DNA of 64,000 nt from Candidatus Krumholzibacteriota bacterium (GTDB lineage Bacteria > Krumholzibacteriota > Krumholzibacteriia > LZORAL124-64-63), in NCBI GenBank assembly GCA_039714075.1, contig JBDLKA010000003.1, positions 1 to 64,000 on the forward strand, written 5' to 3'. How positions within the stretch are numbered: the stretch's first letter is position 1; each line of letters begins with the position of its first letter. A program made the translations under genes and the position numbers. Below the pieces are notes generated by a model. That model saw nothing but the letters and a program-made list of their open reading frames with translations, had not been told where the DNA came from and searched no databases. This document shows positions 39,423 to 47,982 of the stretch, piece after piece.

Positions 39423-40751
39423 CTACCGGTCCACAGAGAAGCCGGCCGCGTGGGAATCCAGGATGAGTTCCTGGCCCGCCCTCAACTTGGAGATATCCCT
39501 GACCTGGCCGTTGACGGCCACCTCGACCCCGCGCACGCGGGCCAGAATCAGGCTGAAGTGATCCTCGGCGCCCCAGAAGACAACCAGGCGGTTCCCCTGC
39601 CGGTAGGCGCGGCCGGCCTCGAACCCGGCCGCGGGAATCTCGGGAACCGTCTCGGATTCGGCAGGCCACAGCACCTCGCTGGATTCGCGTTCGCCGTCCC
39701 GCTTGACCAGGATCCGCTGCGGAGCGTCGCAGACGACACTCAGGACCAGAGCCCAGGCGGAATCGGGAGGGTCCATCCCGGTCGACGGAACTTCCGCCTG
39801 CTCCTGGACGGTGTCTGGTGCGCTCGGGGTTTCCGCTGGGCGAATCTCAACCGAACCGGTTGTCGCTTCAGGTTCGGATTCGGGCTCGGGTTCGGGTTCA
39901 GGTTCGGATCTTGGGGTCTCGACCGGATCGATTTCAGGGGGGTCTTCCCGCGGCACATCCACGGATACGCCGGCAGCCGGCAAGCCCTCGGCCTGGCTCG
40001 CGGGGAGGGGGTTCGAAACTTCCGGCTCCATATCCGGGGCAGCCGAAACTTCCATCTCTTCCACAGGCGGGTCCGGGTTCAACTGCCAGCCCAGGGAAAG
40101 GGTGTCGGCAGGGGATTCCCTTCCTTCGGAGGCGAAATCACTTCTTTCCGGAACGGGGTCCACCACCACATCCGCCCTCTCCTTGAGTTCCGCTTCCGTC
40201 TCCGGAGGAATCAGGGATTCCCTCCGCGGGTCACCGGCGGACGCCGAATCCTGGGCGACCCCGGCCGGAAGGGTTTTCACTTCGACCGGCATTGCCGACT
40301 CACCCGCGGTCTCTTCCCTTTGCCACAGTTCATCCTCCTGGTCGCCATCGCAACCACGCATTCCGAACAGCACGGCCCCGACCAGGACCGCCACTACCCC
40401 GGCGCCCAGAAAAATTTTCACCCAGGGAAGTCCGATGCGGCTGACTTCAACTTTTTCCTCTTCCCAGACCATGTCGGCCCCGGACGCGGTCCCCTGCTGT
40501 TCCCCGGAGATCTTGTTGTACAACCCCAGAACGGATTCCGGTTCCAGGCCGAGATCCGTCGCGCAGGTCCGCAGAAAGCTCTTGATATAAAGGGGGCCGG
40601 ATATCTTGTGGTACTCGTCGAGTTCAAGGGCAGACAGGACCGGCGGCGGGATCTTGGTCCGCTCCGACAGTTGGGCGATGGTCAGATCCTGGGCCTGGCG
40701 GGCCTCGCTGATCATCTCCCCGGGCGTTTTCAGTAGGGGCTTGTCGCTCAT
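39423..40751 (-). CDS. RodZ-like protein (HTH_25, TM, long acidic Pro-rich linker, C-terminal beta domain)
   Basis: PGEMISEARQ...RTKI...LE...YIKSFLR...LGL, then a single TM. Confidence 0.8.
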   Translation of the reverse strand: MSDKPLLKTPGEMISEARQAQDLTIAQLSERTKIPPPVLSALELDEYHKISGPLYIKSFLRTCATDLGLEPESVLGLYNKISGEQQGTASGADMVWEEEKVEVSRIGLPWVKIFLGAGVVAVLVGAVLFGMRGCDGDQEDELWQREETAGESAMPVEVKTLPAGVAQDSASAGDPRRESLIPPETEAELKERADVVVDPVPERSDFASEGRESPADTLSLGWQLNPDPPVEEMEVSAAPDMEPEVSNPLPASQAEGLPAAGVSVDVPREDPPEIDPVETPRSEPEPEPEPESEPEATTGSVEIRPAETPSAPDTVQEQAEVPSTGMDPPDSAWALVLSVVCDAPQRILVKRDGERESSEVLWPAESETVPEIPAAGFEAGRAYRQGNRLVVFWGAEDHFSLILARVRGVEVAVNGQVRDISKLRAGQELILDSHAAGFSVDR

Positions 40752-40820
40752 CGGGGCCTCCTTGTGACCGGAACGACCACGGAGGTCTTCCGGATCCGCT
40801 CCCGGGCCGTCGCCACGGCG

Positions 40821-43589
40821 CTAGCCCAGGGCATCCAACATCTCTCTGAGTTTGCCCGCCTTGGTCTCGTTTTCCGCCAACAGGTCCTTTTGCTTCTGCA
40901 CCACGTGATCGGGTGCGTTGGCGGTGAACTTCTCGTTCGCCAACTTGGCGCGGCAACCCTTCATCCAATTTTCGATCCCGGCCAGTTCCTTGTTGAGCCG
41001 GGCTTTTTCCTTGTCCAGGTCGACCAGTCCCTCCATCGGCAGAAAAATTTCCACGGCACCGGCCACCGTCGCCCCCGCGGGTGACGGGTCGGGGCCTCCG
41101 ACCACTACTTCGGCGTCTTCCATCTTGGCAAGCAGGGCAATGAGCGCCAGCCCGCCGGTGAGTTCGGCCGCGACGGCGTCACCGGGCACCCGCAGGATGG
41201 CGCGCCCTCTTTTACCCGGCTGGACGCCGAGTTCATTGCGCAGGTTACGGATCGCCCCCACGATTTCCATGACCTGTTCAAACCCGGCACACTCCCTTTG
41301 GAAAGGGGTTTTCCCACGAAAGCCGGGGAAAGAGGAGTTCATCAGGAAACCACGCGACGGCGGCAGCCAACTCCACAATTCCTCGGTGATGAAGGGCATC
41401 ACCGGATGCAGCAGCTTGTAACTGACCGCCAGGCCGAGAACGGCCGTCGCCAGTACGGGACCACGTTCCTGCTCATCGCGCAGGCGCGGTTTGATGGCTT
41501 CGAGGTACCAGTCGCAGAATTCATGCCGGAAGAAGTTGAACACCCCGTAGGCCGCATCGTTGAGGCGGCGTTTCTCCATGTTGGCGCCGCATCCGGAAAC
41601 CGTGTCCAGGAGACGGCCCAGGATCCAGCGGTCCTCCAGCCTCAGATCGCCGTCCTGCAGTTCGACGGGCGGGGTGCCGCCAAACACGCCGGTCCACAAT
41701 TCGGCAAACAGGCCGGCGGGCCGTTCGGCCCAGTCGTCGGCAGAACCAAGGGATTCGATCTCCAGGATCCGGGGCGCGGTGTCGTTGGGGTTGCCGTCCG
41801 GCAGACCGGCTTCCTCCCAGGTGCCGAGCACGAGTTTGGTGGCCTGGAAGATCTTGTTGCAGAAATTCCTACCCACTTCCAGGGTCGCCTCGGAGAAAAA
41901 GATGTCCTGGCCGGTGGGCGTGAGCATGACCAGGCTGCACCGCAGGGCATCGGAACCGTATTCATCGATGAGGAGGATCGGATCCGGACTGTTCCCCAGC
42001 GACTTGCTCATCTTGCGGCCCTGGTCGTCCCGGACGATCCCGTGGAACAGGACTTCGGCGAAGGGCTTTTCCGCCTTGAATTCGTAACTGGCCATGATCA
42101 TCCGGGCGACCCAGAAGAAGATGATGTCCGGCGCCGTCACCAGGACCGACGTCGGGTGGAATTTTTCCTGGTCCGGGGTCTGGTCCGGCCAGCCCAGCGG
42201 AGAGAATGTCCACAGCCAGCTGCTGAACCAGGTGTCCAGGACATCCTCTTCCTGGGTCAATTTCCCGCCACCGCAGGCGGGGCAGGCGGCGGGTGCGGTC
42301 CGGGCGGCGATCTCCTCGTCGCAGCCGTCGCAATACCAGACGGGGATGCGGTGCCCCCACCAGAGCTGCCTGCTGATGCACCAGTCCCGGATGTTGTTCA
42401 TCCAGTTGTCGTAGACACCGACCCAGCGTTCGGGAAACAGTTTGATCTCACCCTCGGCCACGGCCTTGACCGCCGGAGCCGCCAGCTCATCCATCTTCAG
42501 GAACCATTGCCGCGACAGGTACGGCTCGATGACATGGCCGCACCGGTCATGGTGACCCACCTGGTGCACATGCTTCTCGGTCTTGTCCAGCAAACCGTCC
42601 TTGTCCAGGGCCTCGACCACCGCCTGGCGGCATTCGGACCGGCCCAGCCCGGCAAAGGCGCCGGCCTGCTCGTTCATGACCCCCGCGGGCGTCATGCAGA
42701 TGACCTGCTCCAGATCGTGGCGGCGACCCACCTCGAAGTCGTTGGGATCGTGGGCCGGGGTGATCTTCACGAACCCGGTGCCTTTTTCCGGATCTGCGTG
42801 ATGGTCGCCGATGATGGGGATTTCCCGGTCGGTCAGAGGCAGTTTGACCATCTTGCCGATCAGTTGTTTGCGCTCGGGATCGTTGGGATGGACCGCCACG
42901 GCGGTATCACCGAACATGGTTTCGGGTCGCGTGGTGGCCACCGTCACGTGCCCGCCGCCGTCGGCCAGCGGATATTTCAGATGCCAGAGGTGTCCTTCAA
43001 TCTCCTGGTACTCGACTTCATCGTCGCTGATGGCCGTCAGGTCATGGGGACACCAGTTGACCAGGTAGACGTCCCGGTAGATCAGTCCTTTTTCCTTGAG
43101 CAGGACAAAAGCCTCGGTCACCGCGCGGTTCCTGGCCTCATCCATGGTGAAGGCTTCGCGGCTCCAGTCCAGCGAGCAGCCCAGGCGCCTGATCTGCTGC
43201 GTGATCCTTCCATGGGTCTGGTCCTTCCAGTTCCAGGCACGTTCCAGAAACGCGTCCCGCCCCACTTCCCGCTTGTCTATTCCCTCGGCGGCCATCTGAC
43301 GGCTGACCACCTGTTCGGTGGCGATGCTCGCGTGATCGGTCCCGGGTATCCACAGGGCCGGCTGTCCCCGCATCCGGGCCCACCGGATCAACGTATCCTG
43401 GATGCTGTTGCCCAGACAGTGTCCCATATGAAGAATGCCGGTCACGTTCGGTGGCGGCAAGGTGATGACGAACGGGTCACCCTCGAGATCGGGATCCGGA
43501 CCGAAGAGGCCCGCCTCTTCCCACGCCGCGTACCACTTTTCCTCGATGCCGCCGGGGGCGTATTGCGACATGTTCCTGATTTCTTCCAC
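40821..43589 (-). CDS. valS: Valine-tRNA ligase
   Basis: PPPNVTGILHMGH, DWCISRQLWWGH, DVLDTWFSS, KMSKS, coiled-coil C-terminus. Confidence 0.98.
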   Translation of the reverse strand: MEEIRNMSQYAPGGIEEKWYAAWEEAGLFGPDPDLEGDPFVITLPPPNVTGILHMGHCLGNSIQDTLIRWARMRGQPALWIPGTDHASIATEQVVSRQMAAEGIDKREVGRDAFLERAWNWKDQTHGRITQQIRRLGCSLDWSREAFTMDEARNRAVTEAFVLLKEKGLIYRDVYLVNWCPHDLTAISDDEVEYQEIEGHLWHLKYPLADGGGHVTVATTRPETMFGDTAVAVHPNDPERKQLIGKMVKLPLTDREIPIIGDHHADPEKGTGFVKITPAHDPNDFEVGRRHDLEQVICMTPAGVMNEQAGAFAGLGRSECRQAVVEALDKDGLLDKTEKHVHQVGHHDRCGHVIEPYLSRQWFLKMDELAAPAVKAVAEGEIKLFPERWVGVYDNWMNNIRDWCISRQLWWGHRIPVWYCDGCDEEIAARTAPAACPACGGGKLTQEEDVLDTWFSSWLWTFSPLGWPDQTPDQEKFHPTSVLVTAPDIIFFWVARMIMASYEFKAEKPFAEVLFHGIVRDDQGRKMSKSLGNSPDPILLIDEYGSDALRCSLVMLTPTGQDIFFSEATLEVGRNFCNKIFQATKLVLGTWEEAGLPDGNPNDTAPRILEIESLGSADDWAERPAGLFAELWTGVFGGTPPVELQDGDLRLEDRWILGRLLDTVSGCGANMEKRRLNDAAYGVFNFFRHEFCDWYLEAIKPRLRDEQERGPVLATAVLGLAVSYKLLHPVMPFITEELWSWLPPSRGFLMNSSFPGFRGKTPFQRECAGFEQVMEIVGAIRNLRNELGVQPGKRGRAILRVPGDAVAAELTGGLALIALLAKMEDAEVVVGGPDPSPAGATVAGAVEIFLPMEGLVDLDKEKARLNKELAGIENWMKGCRAKLANEKFTANAPDHVVQKQKDLLAENETKAGKLREMLDALG

Positions 43590-43806
43590 GCGTCACTCCT
43601 GTCAATTCCCTGAATCTCTCGGGCCTGGCTCGCCGGGTGCAGGCAGGAGACGTAGACGGACCGTTCGCACCCGGGAATTCGGAAATCTAACATCTGGCCA
43701 CGGTCGGAGCAATGGGCGAGAAATCCAGCGCGAAATCCTGCGTCCGAACACGTGATGTGCTACTATGCCTGCGCAACCGGCGATCCTGCAACCTCGAGGC
43801 CCCTTC

Positions 43807-46362
43807 ATGCGGAACCTGACCGTATATCCCGAGAGCATTTTTGAGCGGACCACTCGTCTGGCGGGCCTGTTTCTGCTGGCCCCCGTCCTGATGATCCTGA
43901 CCCTGCCGGTCCTGTTGCACATCAATCAAAAACCCGAGTTCGGCTTTTCGGTCGTCAGGCAGGAAGTGGTCGAAATCGTCCACTCCGGTCCGGCCGACCA
44001 GGCGGGGCTGCGCAAGGGCGACACCATCATGGCCATCGACGGGCTGCCCGTCAGCGACATGCCCACCTACTTCGCGGCCCTGGCCGGCCGGTACGATTTG
44101 ACGCCTCTTCCGGTAGAGTTCCGGCGGGGAATCACCAAACGGATCCTGATCATAATTCCCACGCCGCCGACGCAAGGGGTCATGATCCGCAGTTACGGGG
44201 TCTGGGTTTCCGGACTCGCCTTTTTGATGATCGGCTTCTGGGTTCTTTTGCGCCGGCGTGATCCCGTGGCCCGCAATTTCTTCTCCCTGTGTTTCATCTT
44301 CGCCTTTTTCCTGCTGGACATACCCGACCACACCAACGTCACATACATGGTGGCCAAGGAACTGATCCGGTATCTGTTCCAGCTTTTGCTGCCGGCCTAC
44401 TTCCTGCGGTTTTTTCTCCAGTTCCCCAGCTCCCGCAGCAGGTCGGCCCGCGAAAAGATCCAGCTCCGGCTGCTTCTGGTTCCGGGTTGGGTGCTTTTCG
44501 GGATATTCGCCTGGTTGTTTTTCCTGAATCCGGTGCCCGGCGGCATCGTGGAATCCACCCTGGAAATCGTTTCCCTTATCTATCTGCTGGGCTACTTCCT
44601 GACCGGGCTGGCCATATTCGCCCGCAGGGTCATGCGCCGCGACCGTCCCATCCAGCAAACCAAGCTGAAGGTCATCCTGTGGGGCCTCATCTGCGGCCTG
44701 GCTCCTTTCATTGCAGGCATGGTCCTGGGAAACCTCGGCCCGGGGGCCTCCCTCCCCCAATTGCAGTACCTGGCCTTTTCCCTCCTGCTGGTCCCGATCA
44801 GTTTCGGCATGGCCATTTTGCGCTACGGAGCCCTGGACCGGGCCTTTGTCGTCCGCGCCAGCATCATCTACGGCCTGCTCACCGTTCTGGTGCTCCTGAT
44901 ATATTTCGTGATCGTCCTGGGCCTGGGTGAATTCCTGGGGCGGATTTTCAAGGTCGATACCTACGGGGTCCTGCTGGTGGTCATGGCCGGCAGCAGCCTG
45001 GCCATCCTGCCTTTGCGCCGCTGGATCCAGGGCACCATCGACAACGCCTTCTATCCCGCCCGCCGCGCCAACCGCCGCACCATGACAGTCCTGGCGGACC
45101 GCCTGACCGGCCTGATCGACCCCGAAGAAGTCATTCAGACCCTGCTGACAAGTCTCGACGACCTTTTCCGGCCCGACACCATTGCCCTGTTCCTTTCACC
45201 GGGCGACGGACAGGGGCCTTTCAAGGCCCGCTTGCCCGCGGAAGATACCGGGGGTCCTCACCGGAATGTCCGGACCGCCGAGACGGACCCCGCTCCCCCG
45301 GAGGACTATCCGCTCCTGGACCAGGGCAGCGGGCTGGCCATCCTGCTGAACCGGATCCGTCGGCCCGTGTTCACCGAGGAGTTTGAAGATCTCCTGTTTT
45401 CCGGGGACACGGACCTGGCCTCGCTCAAGGTTTTGACCCGCATCCGGGCCGTCCTGCTGGTGCCGATGATCGGGGGCAACCGCCTGGTGGGGTTCCTGAC
45501 TTTCGGCCCCAAGAGCAACGGCGCCCTCTACAGCCAGGAGGAGTTGGCCAACCTGAGGGCCCTGGGGATCCAGGCCGCCTCCCTGATCGAGAGCCGCCAA
45601 CTCTATCTGGAAAGCCTCGGCCGCAAACGCCTGGAAACCGAACTCGAGGTCGCGCGTGACATCCAGGGCCGCCTGCTGCCCACCGGACCGTTGGATACGG
45701 ATTTTTTCAGCATCTGCGGCCGCAACGAACCCTGCCGCATGGTGGGTGGGGATTATTTCGACTATTTCCACCTTGAAGACGGCAGTCTGGGCTTTGCCAT
45801 AGCCGACGTTTCCGGCAAGGGCATCCCCGCGGCCCTGATGATGACCTCCCTGGTTGCCGCCTTCCGCCGGGAGGCCAAGGCGGGCACGGGCCCGCGCCGC
45901 GTCATGGACCGGCTGAACCCCGTGGTGGCCTCGCTGGTGTCGGCGGGCAACTTCATCTGCCTGTTTTTCGGAATATGGAATCCGGACACGGGAGTGGTCC
46001 ACTATTGCAATGCGGGCATGGATCCCCCGATCCTGTTCCGGCCCCGGGCCTTCTACCGGCAAAAGCTCAAAAGGGGCGGTCCCGTACTCGGGGTCGAGCC
46101 CAACCGGCACTACCGGGAGGGCGCGCTGGCCCTCGAACCCGGCGACCGCCTGTTCATGTTCACCGACGGCATGACCGAAGAGCAGAATCCCCTGGGGGAT
46201 TTCTTTGACACCGAACGCCTGCTGGACCTGGTTGCCGACAACCTGGAATCTTCCCCATTGCGCCTTATCGACAAGATTTTTTCCGCCGTCAATGCGTTTG
46301 GCGGTGAAGAGAAGACGGATGACAAGACTGCAATCGTATTGGAAATAAAGAACCTACAATAA
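43807..46362 (+). CDS. Membrane sensor phosphatase: PDZ + multi-TM + GAF + SpoIIE/PP2C (RsbU-like)
   Basis: GPADQAGLRKGDTI (PDZ), TM block, LVP...LVGFL (GAF-like), VGGDYFD, ADVSGKG, NAG, FTDG, DDKT. Confidence 0.9.
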   Translation: MRNLTVYPESIFERTTRLAGLFLLAPVLMILTLPVLLHINQKPEFGFSVVRQEVVEIVHSGPADQAGLRKGDTIMAIDGLPVSDMPTYFAALAGRYDLTPLPVEFRRGITKRILIIIPTPPTQGVMIRSYGVWVSGLAFLMIGFWVLLRRRDPVARNFFSLCFIFAFFLLDIPDHTNVTYMVAKELIRYLFQLLLPAYFLRFFLQFPSSRSRSAREKIQLRLLLVPGWVLFGIFAWLFFLNPVPGGIVESTLEIVSLIYLLGYFLTGLAIFARRVMRRDRPIQQTKLKVILWGLICGLAPFIAGMVLGNLGPGASLPQLQYLAFSLLLVPISFGMAILRYGALDRAFVVRASIIYGLLTVLVLLIYFVIVLGLGEFLGRIFKVDTYGVLLVVMAGSSLAILPLRRWIQGTIDNAFYPARRANRRTMTVLADRLTGLIDPEEVIQTLLTSLDDLFRPDTIALFLSPGDGQGPFKARLPAEDTGGPHRNVRTAETDPAPPEDYPLLDQGSGLAILLNRIRRPVFTEEFEDLLFSGDTDLASLKVLTRIRAVLLVPMIGGNRLVGFLTFGPKSNGALYSQEELANLRALGIQAASLIESRQLYLESLGRKRLETELEVARDIQGRLLPTGPLDTDFFSICGRNEPCRMVGGDYFDYFHLEDGSLGFAIADVSGKGIPAALMMTSLVAAFRREAKAGTGPRRVMDRLNPVVASLVSAGNFICLFFGIWNPDTGVVHYCNAGMDPPILFRPRAFYRQKLKRGGPVLGVEPNRHYREGALALEPGDRLFMFTDGMTEEQNPLGDFFDTERLLDLVADNLESSPLRLIDKIFSAVNAFGGEEKTDDKTAIVLEIKNLQ

Positions 46363-46388
46363 TTCCCGCCCGGCGGTCCCCTTCTTGC

Positions 46389-46415
46389 TCAAGTAAGGAT
46401 GGACCCGGCCGATGA
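46389..46415 (+). promoter_or_regulatory. sigma28 (FliA/SigD)-type promoter P1
   Basis: TCAAG-N14-GCCGATGA. Confidence 0.55.
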
Positions 46416-46444
46416 TCAGGGGTTTCGCGGGTGCGAAATTTCCC

Positions 46445-46471
46445 TCAAGGCCCCAGCCTTCCGGCCGATTC
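46445..46471 (+). promoter_or_regulatory. sigma28-type promoter P2
   Basis: TCAAG-N14-GCCGATTC, same geometry as P1 and 56 bp downstream. Confidence 0.55.
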
Positions 46472-46521
46472 CCTTTTAGTCCGCATCGTTTCACATCAGT
46501 CCTGGAAAGGGGGGGATCGGC

Positions 46522-46590
46522 ATGGTGCCGGAAACTTATATCCTGGTTGGCTTGTCGTTGATCGATCTCTTTTGGTGGTTGAGAAAATGA
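46522..46590 (+). CDS. Unannotated 22-aa hydrophobic peptide MVPETYILVGLSLIDLFWWLRK (Fst/Ldr type I toxin-like)
   Basis: Strong purine-rich SD GGAAAGGGGGGGA before the ATG; hydrophobic core with WWLRK end; terminator immediately downstream. Below the ORF-track length cutoff. Confidence 0.55.
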   Translation: MVPETYILVGLSLIDLFWWLRK

Positions 46591-46603
46591 CACACGCGAT
46601 CTA

Positions 46604-46646
46604 GCCCCTGGCTGCCGGTTCTCGCCACGGTCAGGGGTATTTTTTT
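46604..46646 (+). terminator. Intrinsic terminator on the plus strand
   Basis: Stem GCCCCTGGCTG / CGGTCAGGGGT, whose G-U pairs work only on the plus strand, followed by T7. Confidence 0.75.
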
Positions 46647-46660
46647 GCCCAAAATCACGC

Positions 46661-47047
46661 TCAAACCGCCGGCCAGATCTGCCGCGCGGACATGAATCCC
46701 AACCAGACAGCCCCCAGCCCGAGAATGAGATTGGCCGAAACGTTGAGCAGGGCCAGGTGGGAAGCCCCGTCCTGCAGGTAGCGCAGGGTCTCGTAGCCGA
46801 AGGTGGAAAAGGTGGTGAAGGCCCCCAGGAAGCCCACGGCCAGCAACATGCGCAGCGGATGCGTCACCAGGGCGGTACCGCGGTCCAGTTCCAGCAGAAA
46901 GCCGAGGGCCAGACAGCCCAGCACGTTGACCATGAGGGTCCCGAAAGCAAAGTGGCTGCCCAGGGACCGTTCGGCCAGGATGCCGACTCCGTAGCGGGAC
47001 ACCGCTCCGGCGGCACCCGCGATTCCGACCAGAAACAGGGATTGCAA
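46661..47047 (-). CDS. crcB: Fluoride efflux channel CrcB/Fluc
   Basis: GAAGAVSRY, GTLMVNVLGC, GFLGAFTTFSTF. Confidence 0.95.
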   Translation of the reverse strand: MQSLFLVGIAGAAGAVSRYGVGILAERSLGSHFAFGTLMVNVLGCLALGFLLELDRGTALVTHPLRMLLAVGFLGAFTTFSTFGYETLRYLQDGASHLALLNVSANLILGLGAVWLGFMSARQIWPAV

Positions 47048-47120
47048 GGCCAGTCCTCCCTAGATCATATGAAGGCGGCCGGACACCAGGCCCGGCCACC
47101 GCGCTCATCCGGATCCGAGG

Positions 47121-47705
47121 TCAGGAACCGATAACGTTCTTGACGGCCGCTTCGTAGGTTTCCTTGCCGAAGCCCCCCACCCATTTCTCCCGGATGACGC
47201 CCTCGCGGTCGATCAGGAACGTCGTGGGGATGCTCTGGATCCCGCCGAAAGCGGTGATGAGGTTGGGATCGTTGTTGAACATGACCATTTCAAAGGTAAG
47301 CCCGTTGTTCACGGTGTAGGAGCGGACCTTGGCCTCACCTTCACGCCCCATGGCCACGCCGACAACCACCAGGTCGTCGCTGTAGGTCTCGCTGAGTTCC
47401 TGCAGATGCGGCATGGCCCTGCGGCAGGGCGGGCACCAGGTATCCCAGAAATCCAGGATGACGGCCTTGCCCTGCAGGCTGGACAGCTGGAGATTTCCGC
47501 CATTGATTTTCCTGAGGGTGAAATCCGGCGCGGGGCCCCCTTTGCGGGCCACGACCGGACGGGCGGGTTGGGTATCGGTCCCGGCATTCTCGGCGCCGGT
47601 TTCACCCTGCTCCGACCCGCAGCCGGACAGGGCCAGGGTGCCGCAGGCAAGAATGAAGATGGCGAGCACCAATCCAGGTATATTAAGAACCGTCTTTCTG
47701 CGCAC
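47121..47705 (-). CDS. TlpA/ResA-like thiol-disulfide oxidoreductase lipoprotein
   Basis: Lipobox LSGC, APDFTL, DFWDTWCPPC, IPTTFLID. Confidence 0.92.
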   Translation of the reverse strand: MRRKTVLNIPGLVLAIFILACGTLALSGCGSEQGETGAENAGTDTQPARPVVARKGGPAPDFTLRKINGGNLQLSSLQGKAVILDFWDTWCPPCRRAMPHLQELSETYSDDLVVVGVAMGREGEAKVRSYTVNNGLTFEMVMFNNDPNLITAFGGIQSIPTTFLIDREGVIREKWVGGFGKETYEAAVKNVIGS

Positions 47706-47982
47706 GGCAGATCCTCCCAGTTGGATGATGGTAGCGGGAACCTGTGTATGAAGTCGGTCTGGTAACCCACGGGCGGAATCCCAAACCCGGAGCAGAAGCG
47801 TTCGAACTCCGATAATTTGGGAAATATTTCCCCAATATGCAACTTTGGGCTATTTTTGGGCCCGCGGCGGGAACCATATCTTGTCTAACCCCGTTATCTT
47901 CGTATAGTACCTTTCGTAAGGACCATTTTCGGCCCCACGGCCGAATTCACCGCGACAACCCCGTAGCGAGGTTCGCCGGAAC

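Noticed and set aside
39871..39909. 6-bp repeat in the rodZ-like gene
   Set aside because: It encodes an ordinary PE/SE low-complexity linker.
46354..46593. 79-aa minus-strand ORF in the PP2C-crcB gap
   Set aside because: No clear RBS or recognisable composition; promoter, SD and terminator signals all favour the plus-strand unit. An antisense RNA here is not excluded.
47048..47120. Fluoride riboswitch upstream of crcB
   Set aside because: Only a GC hairpin (GGTGGCCGGG/TCCGGCCGCC) is visible; I did not find the GGNGAUGG...CUGAUG consensus.
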